Source: Basidiobolus meristosporus CBS 931.73 (lineage: Eukaryota; Fungi; Basidiobolomycota). Taken from it: a stretch of DNA of 64,000 nucleotides. Under the pieces are notes generated by a model. The model was not told where the DNA came from and searched no databases. It saw nothing but the letters and a program-made list of their open reading frames with translations. Made by a program: the position numbers and the translations under genes. Positions 25,121 to 38,127 of the stretch are shown here, piece by piece. Numbering within the stretch: the stretch's first letter is position 1; each line of letters begins with the position of its first letter. The stretch lies in contig MCFE01000391.1 in assembly GCA_002104905.1 (NCBI GenBank), positions 1-64,000 of the forward strand, in the 5' to 3' direction.

Positions 25121-25746
25121 ATAAGATTTGTCAAGGGAAAACCATAGAGTGATAATCCCCAGCTGAGTTGGCATCTTAACAGAAGTATGTGCTGGGCTTA
25201 GCATCCTTTGAGATGACAATGTCCTAAAGCTTCTAAAGTCAAAGCAACTCTAAACTACACCAGCAGCAACTTGACAAGAATGCAGCTGTGGTCAATAGTT
25301 AAAAAGACAAAAAAGTATCTTTGCCTGTGCAAGAACAAGCTTGGGAAAGAATAAAGATAATGAACAATACATACTCTGCGTATTCCACTTAAGTAGTGCA
25401 TCCAGAGTCAGTTGGCTGTCAGCATGGTTTCCTGGAGGTGCCCTGTGGTTGGGGATTGGATGTACTGGTAGCAGTAGTTAGCAGTGATTGCACTACTAAA
25501 CGAGTTGGTATATTGATAAAAGGGATGATGCTTTATTGCTGAGGGATTGCCTCCCAAATATACTTTTCTCACTGGCTGAGTGATTACTAATCATGGTGTT
25601 CCAGAAAGTTGTGGAGATCAAGAGAAACTGTAATGATAGCAGAATGAGCTAAGTATATTATAAGTAGATGCCAGAATGCTCCAAGAGGTACAGCACATCA
25701 AGCCAATCTTGGATCTGTATTTTAGACCTGTGAAGCATAGGGACAT
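25121..25746 (-). repeat. LTR family B truncated copy
   Basis: Matches 8535-9150 and is cut at 25747 by the Copia LTR. Confidence 0.8.
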
Positions 25747-26095
25747 TGTTGTAAGAGTCTTGGAGATATTGGAAGTGATTGGGAGGTCAAGTAGATTATG
25801 TGGTTTTCACTTACCTATATATTGAATGTAAAGTAGTACTTATACTTTTATTTAGTCTTGGCATGACAGACATGTAGAATGGGCTAAGGAAGGTTCCAAG
25901 AACATGTGTGCAAAGTTTGGGGCTGTTTGGACTAATTTGAGAATTTTCATGTTCTGGGTACCTGGAATTTTGCTGAGAATATTCCAAGTGATTCCCAACA
26001 AGGAGTTTAGTCATTGTTGTCTAGGATTTGAAGGTAAGGATCTAAGTGATTAAGTTAGGTGAATATTTAGGCTGAAATTAAAAATTTTAACAACA
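25747..26095 (-). repeat. Isolated Copia LTR (349 bp, TGTTG...CAACA)
   Basis: Has terminal inverted TGTTG/CAACA and is homologous to the LTRs at 2136 and 17929/22105. No matching 5-bp TSD. Confidence 0.85.
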
Positions 26096-27234
26096 AGTAA
26101 AACATCCATAAAATACCAATTCATTGCTTGAGGATGATTTCTGCAACATAATGATGGGATACATGGGACTTTATGGAGATTTAATGATAATGCATTAAAA
26201 TCAGATAAATAAAGCTGATTGTGCCAAATGAATTCAAATCACCTCAGCCCAATCATCTACTAATTTAAATATGACTTACTCATCTGAATGGTCTTTTCTC
26301 ATCAATCTGTCACTACCACTGGATTTCCTTTTGACACACTACAGGGATCTATGCAAAGTACTGTGGACCATCTACCCAAATCTACTCAAGGAGATCCCTT
26401 GTTAAGCTTCTCTGCTATTACAAGTTCTATTGCCCCACTAGGCTTCATCCCACCATCCATGGCAACAAAAGTCCTAGCTGCTTTCATTCCCAGCTGATAG
26501 CAATGGAGATCCACCATGCAGAGGGTATGAATGACTTAGAGCAAGCTTAGAATACTAGGCTAAGAAGCTCCAATAGAGTTCCATATCACAGAGTGTGCAG
26601 CAACAGGTTCCATATAAGGAGTATTTTGGATGCCTTCCCAGTCAGGATTAACAGACCTTCCAGAGGGCAGAGGCACTTTTATTCTGGCAAGTGCAAGACA
26701 TGCTGTGTGAAGTTTCAGGCACTGTCTGGCATTGAGTGTAACATCATCTGGTTTAGTGGATCATTTGCTGGAAGTAGGTATGACAAAGCACTCTGGGTAG
26801 AGAACTATCCGGAATTCAGTAGAGGGGAGAAATGTATGGAAGACTTAGCTTATATAGGAGAGTATTGTCTGAGATTAGGATGTGTTACGGTTTGTAGGAA
26901 GCCAAGGAATGGTGTGCTAAGCAGGAAGCAGAAGCTTTACAATCAGATATTAAATTATTTCAGAGTGAGGGTAGAGCATACATTTCAATATCTAAAGAGA
27001 TTCAGCATATTGGCAGATGAATACAGAGGAAAGTCATATATAGGTGAAAACAGTAGAATAGGTAAAATATTTAAGATACATTTCAATGCACAGTACATTT
27101 GTTCAAGCAAACATCCACTGAGAGAAATGTGTTTGTAGCATTATGAAGTGTAAATAAAGCAAGGAGAGTACTACGTTGAGCAACATAAGTAAGATTGAGT
27201 AGAATTACCACAACTATATCCTACCACTGGTACT

Positions 27235-27276
<42 letters not shown>

Positions 27277-27353
27277 TGGTGCCATAGAGTACCAGATCAA
27301 CTTGCCACTATAAATGGCTGGCACTATGTGGCACTATCCAACAGAATAAGTCA
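26096..27353 (+). mobile_element. Pangu-type transposon copy C, truncated (transposase half, frameshifted CDS about 26271-27153)
   Basis: Co-linear with 20870-22101. Ends GAATAAGTCA followed by AGT (ANT). Confidence 0.88.
27238..27274. repeat. Perfect (AT)18 microsatellite
   Basis: 37-nt uninterrupted AT run, absent at the homologous position of copies A and B. Confidence 0.98.
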
Positions 27354-27356
27354 AGT

Positions 27357-27590
27357 AACTTCTGTTTCCAGTTACTTTAGAGTTGCTGCAGGGGCCAGTC
27401 CACTTGTTCTCAATCTTCCAACTCTATTGTTTGTCCAAGATGAAGCAATACAGTAATACTGGGTCTTCCAGTCAAAGTAACTTTGACCTTGGTGAGTGTG
27501 CCTTGTCAAAGGGTGCTTTGTTCTTCAGTTGCATCTCCTCAGGTTATTCAGCAGCTCTGTTGATACTTAAATCATGGTGATCAAGTTGCT
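27357..27590 (-). mobile_element. Gypsy family B integrase 3' fragment
   Basis: Reverse complement matches 6620-6780 (GGAGAT.CAACTGAAGAACAA.GCACCCTTTGACAAG...TTGGACAAACAAT.GAGT). Confidence 0.7.
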
Positions 27591-27592
27591 GC

Positions 27593-30500
27593 ATATACAT
27601 CAGACTGCCAACCATAGATTGATGAGGAAAGTCAGGGCTTTCAGATGGTACCAAGCTCTCTTGATTGGGTTGTGTTTTGACCAAGTTAAGGTTTGTTTCC
27701 ACTGGGGTAGCTGCAGGTTTACAGTCTTCCATTTAGTAATTCTTTAGTATATCTTGAATATACTTGGATAGACTTGAGTAATAGTCTGGGTACATCTGTC
27801 TATGGAGAAATTAATCCCTAAGTAGCAACTGAGTTCTCCTAGATGGGACATCTTGAACTCCTTAGATAGGCTGGTTTATTCTCTTCCAATTTTGCTAGGT
27901 TATTGGTGGCTATAATAAGATCATCCACATGTAGAGCTAATAGAACTGGATTTGCTCTATCTGGCTTATAGTATATACTATAGTCAGCATTACTCATTTT
28001 GAAACTCAAAGACTCCAAATAAGAATCTATCTTGCAATTCCAGGCTCACAGTGATTGTTTAAGACCATATAGAGACTTTTTAAGCTTGAAGACCAAATAG
28101 GGGTTATCTTGGTCAGCAAACCCATCAGGCTGGTTCATATACACATTCTCATTAAGTTCTCCATTCAAAAATGCAGTTTTTATATCCATTGGATGCATGA
28201 AAAACTTATAGGTGGCTGCAATAGCCAATATTAATCTGATGGAAATAAACTTGGCTACCAGTGCAAAGGTCTCAGTATAGTTAAGTCCTTTTGTTTGAGA
28301 GTATCCTTTGGCCACAAGTCTTGCTTTGTATCTTTCAATTGTACCATCAGCCTTGTATTTTGTCTTGAAGACCCATCTGCATCAAATTGATTTTTGGTTG
28401 ATTAGTAATATGACTAAGTGGCAAGTTTGATTATCCATAAGGGCCTGATATTCCTCAGTCATTGCAGATCTCCAAAACTTCATCTGAGGGCTATTTAGGG
28501 CCTCTTTTTCAGTCTGGGGCTTGCCAATATGGACTGAATAGGCATAGGCTAAGTTTGTACCCTCATTGAAATAGTAATTTGGGCTATTTCTTGTCTGATT
28601 GGATCTCCGGGCATTTGGTACAGGAATGATCACTTCTGGGATATTTCTGGGCACTGGTTCAAGTTGAACTACAGTTGTAGAGTCCTCTGGAGTGAAAAAA
28701 TTATCATTGTTTTGCTCTGATTTAATACTGACAATTGGTGGACTTGAGATCAGATTTTTGTTATCATCTGATATCATTTTTTGTGAAAACTTTGAATTTT
28801 CATCAAAAAACACATCCCTGGACTTAATTAGCTTCTTTGCTATGGTATTGTAGAGTCTCTATGCTTTACTCTTGTTGCGGCAGCCCAAAAATATGCATTT
28901 TACGCTTTTTGGCTCAAATTTTGACTGATTTCTGGGTAATTTCTTGGCATATGCTGTACACCCAAATATTCTTAGATGTTCTGCATGTGATCTATATCCA
29001 TACCATGCTTCATATGGAGTAGAATCATAAAGTACTCTGCTATAGCTCCTATTTTTAAGATATACAGCAGTGGCAACTGACTCTGCCCAAAAATCATAGG
29101 ATAATTTTTAATCATGGATCATAGATCTTGCCATATCAATTATTATTCTGTTAGCACATTCTGCTGCTCCATTTTGCTGTGGGGAGTATGGTACAGTAGT
29201 CTCTTGCTTTATCCCATGAACTTTGCAGAAGTGGATGAAGAATTTTGAGGTATATTCTCCACCATTGTCAGAGCATATTTTCTTGTTTTTTCACAGGTTT
29301 CTCTCTCCACCATGGCTTTGAACTCCCTGAACCTGGACAGAGCTTCTTCCTTTCTCTCCATGAAGTAGACCCATGTGTATCTTGTATAAGCATCAATAAA
29401 AGTGATTAAATACTTCATCCCCCCTAACAGTAAATTTACATAGGTTCACACAGATCTGAGTGAGTTAGATCTAATTTTTTCTTAGTTTTGAGTAACCCAG
29501 AGCTCTTGAATGGTTGCCTGGCTTGTTCCCCATATATGCAGGCCTTACAGTGCTCCAAACTAGCTGGGGGATTGGTTTTTACTCCAGAAATTAGCTGATC
29601 TTTGATCATTTTGCACAAATAATCAAAATTGCTTTGCCCAAATCTCCTATGCCAAAGCATTGGTGTTTCTTCATTTAAGTTACTTATATTGGCTTCCAGA
29701 TATGGTGGAATATAAGTCAACTTGTATAGATTCTGATCTCTGATACCCAAAGCAATATGGGTACCATTTTGATCAGTGATCTTTCATCCAAATTTGTTGA
29801 AGCTGAGTCCTTCTGCTATGGCCTTGCTTACAGATAGTAGGTTCTTGGCTATTTCTGGTACATAGAGTACTTCTTTAAAGGTCAGTGTATGGCTTCCTGC
29901 ACTGCTTCTAAGGTTTGCTTGGATAGTTCCTTCTCCCAATGCATCAAGTGTTATATTGTCACACATGAAAACCTTCTTAATTGGAATTTCTTGATATGAG
30001 GTAAAAAGTTCTTATTGGTATGTAAAGTGTTGAGATGCTCCAGAGTCTATATACCATGTCTGAGAATCCTTGTTTGTGGTCATATTTAGTGCAGATATGA
30101 ATAGTCTATTTTCAGTTGTTGCAACATTTCCATATTCAGGCTTTTTCTGCTGACTATCTTTCTTTTTGAAGCACTGGTCTGATGTGTGTCCTTTCTTTTT
30201 GCAGTAGTTACAAAACAGGTTGCTGCTGCCTTTGTAGAGTCTTGGGAACCTCCTTTGTTGGTTATTGTTGCTTATTAAAGCATTTTCTTCTTCCTTCTTA
30301 TTTGCACTTGATTTTCTTAATTCTTCATTTAGGAGCCTTCCATATACATAATCTAAGGTCAAATCTTCAGTTCTGGACTCTAGGGCTGATACAAGGCCCT
30401 TAAAATTGTCTGTCAGGCTATTCAGGATGGTAACTATCACATCCTCATCAGTAGTTGGTACTCCTACAGATTTCATTTCATCTACCAGCAGGGTAATTCT

Positions 30501-30662
30501 GTTAATTAGATTTTTCATTTTTTCTCCTGGCAGCATCTTTGTAGTAAGGGATTTTTGTCTCAGATACATTTTCTTAGCAGCTGAACATGACTGGTAGGTG
30601 TCTTCTAATGCCTTCCAGGCATTCTTTACCATTTTTGCTCTTGAGCATTGAATTAGCATTTG
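27593..30662 (-). mobile_element. Ty1/Copia internal region (gag, protease, integrase, RT), truncated at both ends
   Basis: CNYCKKKGHTSDQC; WYIDSGASQHF; LWHRRFG; YLITFIDAYTRYTWVYF; AKGYSQTKGLNYTETFALVAK; LYGLKQS. Same family as 1-2135 and 22450-23855. Confidence 0.95.
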
Positions 30663-30971
30663 TCTTCAGTTCTTCTATGCTCTTACAGATCATGCACAAT
30701 ATTGATCCCAAAAAAAGGTCAAAAAATGGATTTTTTCCAGCTCAGTGGGTGAAACACAGGGGCTGCTTTGCATGAAGACAAAGAGCTATGTTTCACACTC
30801 TGTGGCCAAGCATAGATATACTTGACCTCTATGGCACACTATGGCACTATTTGGCACTCATGGCTCAATGCGGCACTGTCCAACAGAACAAGCCCATTAT
30901 TGTACCATAGATTACCACATCAGTCCTGCACTATAGATTACCTATGTGGCACTGTCCAATGGAACAGGTCT
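30663..30971. mobile_element. One arm of the foldback element (30663-30895, followed by ATT) plus a second transposon terminus (ending 30971, followed by ACT)
   Basis: Matches 19100-19329. The second end reads TGTGGCACTGTCCAATGGAACAGGTCT. Confidence 0.8.
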
Positions 30972-31384
30972 ACTATTCAAAAGGGCAATAATAAGGGTTG
31001 TATCACAATGTCTTTTAAGGCAGAATAATATGCAGAACATTGGGAACTATAGAGGAAGAATTGGCCTATATAGTGACACAGAGCAACATTATGAGGTAAT
31101 CAGTGCAAAAAAATCCACAATGAAATCTGGGAAGTTCACTGCACAAAGAACTGGAGGTTAATTGCTCAGCCCAACCAAAATGCTGCCAAGACAGTTACAA
31201 CCCAGGGTACATGTAGAACTGAGGGAGGCACTGAAGTCAGGGGATACTGGAAAAATTTACTGAGTAGTCGCAGAAGAGACTATTGGAAAAATCGCTCTAC
31301 AAGCGCCCTACACCAAGCAGTACTCAGTCTCTCCTGACAACAAATTTCAACCAAGACAACTTGATCCATTTCAAGGCGCGCTTT

Positions 31385-31395
31385 CTCTGATACCA
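31385..31395 (-). promoter_or_regulatory. Possible PBS TGGTATCAGAG of a further LTR-element remnant
   Basis: The minus strand reads ...CACA-GT-TGGTATCAGAG, the canonical LTR-end/spacer/PBS layout. No coding domain recognised downstream. Confidence 0.35.
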
Positions 31396-34300
31396 ACTGT
31401 GTGTATCACCCCCAGTGGTCATATGGGGAACCACATAATAGAATGGGCAATCAATAGTATACAGCACCCATGAGTGATTCTGAATCATACCTGTGCTGTA
31501 AACAAGATGGCGAACCCCGCCGAAAATAATCATGAACAAACGATCATGAGCGTATACGGCATATGACTAGCATGCTTCCCATAGAACATCACAGGCAACC
31601 GGGCTCCATCTGATTTGGGTAAAAATCAGATAAAGAACCATGAAAATCAGTATGATCAGAGCAACTTTCGTGAGTTTGGATTGTTACAGAGGGTGAGGTC
31701 GGCTCTACGACAGATATATCCTTTGCAAGGTGTTACGATACCAGCCACAAACACGCCTACTGCTACTGTGGCCCCAGCATGGGTGAACTAGCATTGTGGC
31801 ATTGATTACTCAAGAATGGCCCACCGGTCTAGTTTATTATAGCGGCCTTTCCGTAGGAAACATGTTACTTCCGGTGTATAACCACTCAGATCATACAAAA
31901 TCGATAGTTTCGTGTTACAGCCAAATAATTCGTAACATACCCTCGGAAGACTTCGTATTCTACTAGATAAAGGCGCCGCTTGTGCTGATAACACGTATAT
32001 CAAACGCCAACAACCAGTTAGTACTGATGACTTTCATATGCTAGTGATGGAGTTCATCCCAGGCTACATAAATGAATTAAGATCAGGTTGGTAATCAAGT
32101 TGACAATAGATTGCGGAACCAGTTTCTGTTGCAGCGGTGGTTATATTGGACGATGGGTTAGTATTCTTGGCTATTGATAATTCGGCATTCAGTTCGCCTT
32201 GGCTTAGGCCAGCGACAGGTACGAAAGAGTGCCACTCGACTGCTCTGTACCACATGTATTCATAGATATTCCATATCTCGTATATGAATATTCATACCCG
32301 GCCGCTGCGAGCGTAGATACACTCTGGGCTTGACATATTTCACCATAAGCCACGAATCAAATCGACTTCGCCGGAGCACCCAAGCTTCCGCGAAAAGGGT
32401 TTCAAGTCGTGGGGTCTAAGAGATCCCTTGTCTTAGTTTGACTTCCAGCTAATCACCTCTACCACTGCAACGCAGACACTCCATGACGTCGCCAGAGCCC
32501 ACGCATCTCATGCAGAACATTTCTCTAGGTTCCAGAGTCAGATTCCAGATTTTAGACCAGGGTAGCTTTTCTAGGGCGGTAAACTCCTAACTGTTGGATA
32601 AAAATGGCGAGTATTTTGCTACATATGTTAGTTCTATCACACTGCATCAATTTACCGAGGTCGACGTGCTACATTCCTAGAATCCGTGAATACTTCCCAA
32701 CCAGCCTACGAGGAATCACAATTAACGATAATCAGGATGACACCACCAATAAATCGCCCTGATCACACATATCGATGGAACTTTGGAATCTCAAGGCATT
32801 CCGGGTTTTAGCATTGAGACAAGAACTATGCTCGATATGACGCAAGACAAATATGAGCCCACTTCCCCTGAAAGTGGTCAAGCTGTAATCTCCACTTTCT
32901 AGTAGGCATACCTGACTGTGGGATGCTACTCTCTGGTGGCTTTGAAAGGGGTCAAAGGGTTAATGCCTCAGGGTTAGGGCATGGGCATGGGCGTACTGTA
33001 GATGCCAACGAAAAACGAATCAATCCTGCTCCATGTGTAACATTAATTAAGCGGCAGCATTGTTGTAACCTATGGTAGTCTCCTCTGGTAGATTAGCCAT
33101 AGTAAAGAACCAGTTTTCCATCCCTTCGCCCGTCTAGAACAGGACCCTATACAGGACACATAGTTCACCACGTTTGCTCAATTGTTTTCAAGGGGATACT
33201 GGTTTGATGCGTTCTGCCTCTAGTCTGGCTCAAGGATTGCACACTGATTCTGTGTCGAACCAAATGGTGGGAAAAGAAACGCAGCTTCGTCGATGATTAC
33301 TCCGTTGGAGGCCGCCGAAACTGGCGGCTTTCCGTCATGACTGCCTGATGCAGCACAATTCCCATGGGCATCCATCATCGGCATTTATCGGCTCCGAAAA
33401 TCCTTTATCTCATCTAGCGCCGCGGGCTGCTTTCAGGTATGGGGTTCCGTTTCTGGGATTGTGGGCTGGAATGGTGTGGACATTGTGATTGAGAAATACC
33501 CAAGGTCGGAGAATTTCTAGGGATAAATTACGTAAAGCCATTGAGGCTCATGATTGTTTGTAACAGATCGGTTGATTTTGGTGGAATTGGCAACAAAGAC
33601 AGATCATTGCCAAGCTCGCTCCTCTGGAATCGTCTTGACGTTGTGAGCCTGGGTCCACGACACCCAAGTTGGGCTGCTATGTTCTGGCAACGCGCAGGGC
33701 CTGACGGCTGCAAAGTGCTCCCGGTGAGCCTGCGGATGCCTCCATCGGCTCATGGAGCTCGAGGGCGCCGTTGACGTAGCGGGCGAACCTCCACACCTGG
33801 TTTGTAGCTACCATGGGGGAGTTCATTTGGACCGAAATAATTAGTGATGATTGTCGCGGGAAACAGACAGTGGTGGATCTCGACACATCCCATACCCGAT
33901 AAGGTTGTGAAGTCACCAGTTTCGAAATATCGACATTTCGAGAGGCAGCCCATCCCATCCAATGCCATAGATTCAGATATTGGTGTTTATTGAGACATGG
34001 GCCATTTGGGTCAACCCACGAAAGAATCAGCCGCATTGGCTTATTCATGGGCAAAACATCGCGATTTCGGAAACAATGTGTGAATCTGTGTGGGAAGCCT
34101 GGTCAACCCTGTCCGCCATTGGGTGGGGCTCGAAACACTGCCCTCTTGGGCTTTAATACATCTCCACCGATTTACCTTAGTTGATTCCTATATCATCAGG
34201 CAATCGAGTTCAGTTACTGACTCCTCACGCTCGAGGCCAGGTAGCAGAACTCGGGAGCCACAAAGCATGGGTCTACGGGCTTGGGAATATTTGCAGCGAG

Positions 34301-37300
34301 TGCGTATGCCCACTCTATGGTTACTATCCAAGGTGGGTCAACATGTGCGTACGACAGAAACGCAATCCTCCATCTTGAGAGTTGGAAATCGGCTTGACCG
34401 GACTCATGGTTGGACCATCCAATACAATGGCTTAAGGTTTATTTTAGTCCATTGACTACTCTACCGCATCATGCACAAATGGATGAGTGGCATTCCGAGC
34501 TAAACAGGGGATGTTCAAGTTGGTCATGATGGTTACGCAACGAATATATTTGCTCGGAGGCCATATAATTCACCAGACGGAGGCTCTGATTTGTTTCGAC
34601 TTGAAACACCTCGTTGATTCACCCAATTCTTTGAAATGGATGAGTACGATCAACGCAAGATGCTTTTACCCTAGCACTCCGCTATCTAACCGTAGAGATT
34701 GCATGCAGATCAAACAGATGGGAATCGATTTTCGGATGGTTACCTAAGCTAACGTAGATGGTACGTAACCACGTTATCGTGTAAGGGGATTGGCTCTTGG
34801 ATTGTCCAGGATCGACATTCATCTCTGTGAGCTACCCAGACGAACCTCGTTATTGGAGAGTGGGGTTGCTCGAACTCAGCGTCCTGTCCACAGCCAGCCA
34901 GTCCCAAGGATAGCGGCAGCCCGTATTTAGCGCTACCCGATGCACTCGACACCAAGCTGCACTGCTATGCCCCTACACTCGTACCTTCCCTCCATCCTCT
35001 GAGTGTTCGGATTTGGACCAAAATGGGCAAAATATGCATCACTGTAATGTGTGTCAGTATGTCATCAAGGCTGGATGATTCTTCCTAAAATATACTTTGT
35101 GCGTAACTTGGACAGACACAGCAAATTCCTCACTAAAAGGATGGAACTTTCGCTTAGGTCATCAAGTATGAATGTGGTCCCTCCTTGACTGGAAAGACGA
35201 TGATGATGACGTTCTCCATTACATATTCCAGAGTTAAGTCCATTGAAACATTTGACCTGTATCCCATGCCGCTAGATCGCACCACTGTACTCTGATTCAT
35301 TACTGTGCCCGCAGAATCCGGACGTACAGGCTATTGCGCTATTTCTTCCAGCCTGCGTAACTCGCAGCTCCATCTGGTAAGCAAGGTATATGGATTCAGA
35401 GTGGTGATGAAATCACCCAGAGAGCAGTTCCTAGCTGTGTGGCAAATGTCTATGGTTTTGTATGGCGTTGTAGCAGCAGAAACCGATGGATATCTGCCGG
35501 AGATGGCTTTGCTAGGGCGAGAGGGGATCTTGCTCACCTCTTCCTACGAAACAGGTTTGATGGCAAACTTGTTTGTCTAGGGGGCTCGGGCAGACTTATG
35601 GCGGTTTATGAGAGTGCAGTGGTGTAGAAAATGTGAGCGAAACATCGCCTGTCATGGCCGGAGCAGCGCAAAATACCCTGTGCCTATCCCCTATTCCTTT
35701 TGATGATATCGGGATAGAAACATTGGGTGGTTTCTTGTGAATCAGCAGTTGGCATGGGGGGATTCCACTCTAAAGATGGCTGGTATGCAAGTGCTTTGGC
35801 TCCAAATACTCCAATCCTGAATATAGGCCCAGCATCTCAAATCGTTCTGGTTCGGTCGCCTTAAAGGGAAACGATTTCTCATTTTGTCTACATTACAGGT
35901 TCTATGCCTACACAAACTTTAAATTCAACAAATAAACCATTCGGTAGGGGTAGATGAAGCCCCAGTTACTCAATGGCCTTCTCTTTAGAAACGCTTTGTG
36001 CACATAGTAACTGCCACCCATTGTGACAACGGATAGTCAGCTGCAGCATTACCTAAGCCAACGCCGACAAATTGACTAATCAACCGGATCCTGGTGGATT
36101 GGTAGGACTGAGCCAACTTACCGAATCCATTAGTTAACCCGGATTATGTGAAGGGGCGGTTACCTAATCAGTCTGGAGTTACCGAGATGGCCGTCCTTTC
36201 CAGCCGGGAATGAAGTACCTTGCTAACGTGCCCGCGCGGCCCGTATCTTAAGCCGCCCCTCCGAAGGACGCCCTGCCGAGGCCGCTTCTCGTAGTGGCCT
36301 GAGGTGGCTGACAGAAGTGAGATCTTGGAAGTTAGATCGAACTCTGCCAGATGCGATCATGCTTACCCACTGCACTTTGGGAAATCAGTTAATTTGAGCC
36401 ATATTGAGATTGATTATCAGATGCTACAAGCAGATGGAATCCCTAAAAATCCGTGGGTGCTAACCACAAGCATAAATCAATCCATCGACTATTTGTTGAT
36501 TTTCAAACCCCACATCGTGCGGGCGGTGAAATCACATGTTGATTTCAGGAAGAACCAAATGATGGGAATTATCATGTCGGACAAGGAGTCCGATTTTCTG
36601 AGAGAGGCTAGAGTAGCCAACAGATTGCAGCCCAGTGCCGACCAGCAGTAGAAGTACCTAGCCAGAAAACACCATCACGAACGCACCCCACTGATTGCGA
36701 CTTTTGTGGCGGTAAACAGCCGAATAGTCAAGTCGTTCATCGTATTCAGCATTCGATCTCTTCATACACGAATCCTTGCTGCCATCATTACCCAATCCTA
36801 CGTCTGCCGCTTTAGGCTGGGAGGGTCAAGGTGATGGGCATCCAAATATACAAATCTACTATGTCTTGAACCGCTTGACGGCTCTCATTGGTTTGATTTG
36901 CGCTCACACTCCCCAATGGATTCAGTTTCCTCCTTTGATAATCAAATCTTGGTTTACCTTGCATCGTCAGAGACGTGCTTCTTGCGGTGCGAGTGGCAGC
37001 CAAGGGGAAATCCCATAGGCTGGAAGCGGTGGGATGTAGCCCAGCTCTTGAGAACATCTCATATCATAGAGGCCGGCCAATTGTGGAAGTCGTCAGGAAA
37101 CGGATTACTCAGTGTGGTAGAACCGCTTTTACAGACTGCACTTGGGGTATCCAGATGATCACTCTGTTCGATGTGACGCAACGTTGGTTTGGAAAACTCC
37201 AGCGGGATCCTATTTGACGAGGACAGTCTCTGGTTTAGGAGTGATAAATAATTGATGGGGTGTTTGAATTGAATCAATGTGCGTTTATTTGATAAAACAT

Positions 37301-38120
37301 TTAGAAACCGGGGTTTCACCAACCTTCGTGCTAATCGATATCTAATTTCTACTGTCATCGGCACCTTTGGATCGAACGATGCTAACACATGAGCAGCCCA
37401 ACCGGCGGCATACCCAACGAAGCCTTCGGTTTGGAAGACATGATTCAGCGCAGCAGCCCACCCACTACGTCAACCACGACCCGCTGCCAGGAGGCTGGCC
37501 CCTCCCGCTCTCTCCACCAAGCTCCACGTAGCTGGGCAAGAGCCCGGTGGCGAGCAGTGTCCCGCCCTGCACGATCCAACAGCTCGTACAGGTGATTCAG
37601 TTTGGCACAATTAGGCCCACCGCGATGTCCGAAGAGCATGGAAATCATTGTTTTGTGAGCTTTATCTGCACCAATCGACCATCCAGTAGAACCACACATA
37701 TCATTCATGTCTCCAGAATAATGAGATCATTAGGCCTGTATACTGTCACTAAGAATCAATTGTATACTTGACCCTAATAGCTTTGATCTTCAGTGTATAA
37801 TCCATGCCAATTGTTCGATTATTCAAAATCCATTGTTTTCAGGTGGATTCCTGGTGTTATATCCACAAACCTGCATGTCTTATGTTGTGCAACCTCAAGA
37901 GTTGATCAGTAAAAGGAAAATAGGTGATTGATCTGAGCAAAGCGCTCTAAAAATAAGCGTTACAATTAGGCTGCTGTTTTAAGATCTATAGACTCAGTAA
38001 TTTAGCTAAAACTGTTTAGAAATGCAAAAGGCTGATTTTATTTTGGCATAATATGATCCAATCGGTGATCGTTTCATCATTTCGGTTCAATTCAAATGCG
38101 ACCTCATGTCGTGGCTTGCT

Positions 38121-38127
38121 TATAAAA
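38121..38127 (+). promoter_or_regulatory. TATA box (TATAAAA) of the C2H2 gene
   Basis: Canonical motif 115 bp upstream of the ATG. Confidence 0.5.

Noticed and set aside
1-31500. Repeat-induced point mutation (RIP) as the cause of TE decay
   Set aside because: CpA/TpG are abundant and CpG is the depleted dinucleotide, which fits methyl-CpG deamination better than CpA-targeted RIP.
32970-32979. CCCTAACCCT on the minus strand as a telomerase RNA template
   Set aside because: A 10-mer of this kind is expected by chance in 64 kb, and no supporting structure was seen.
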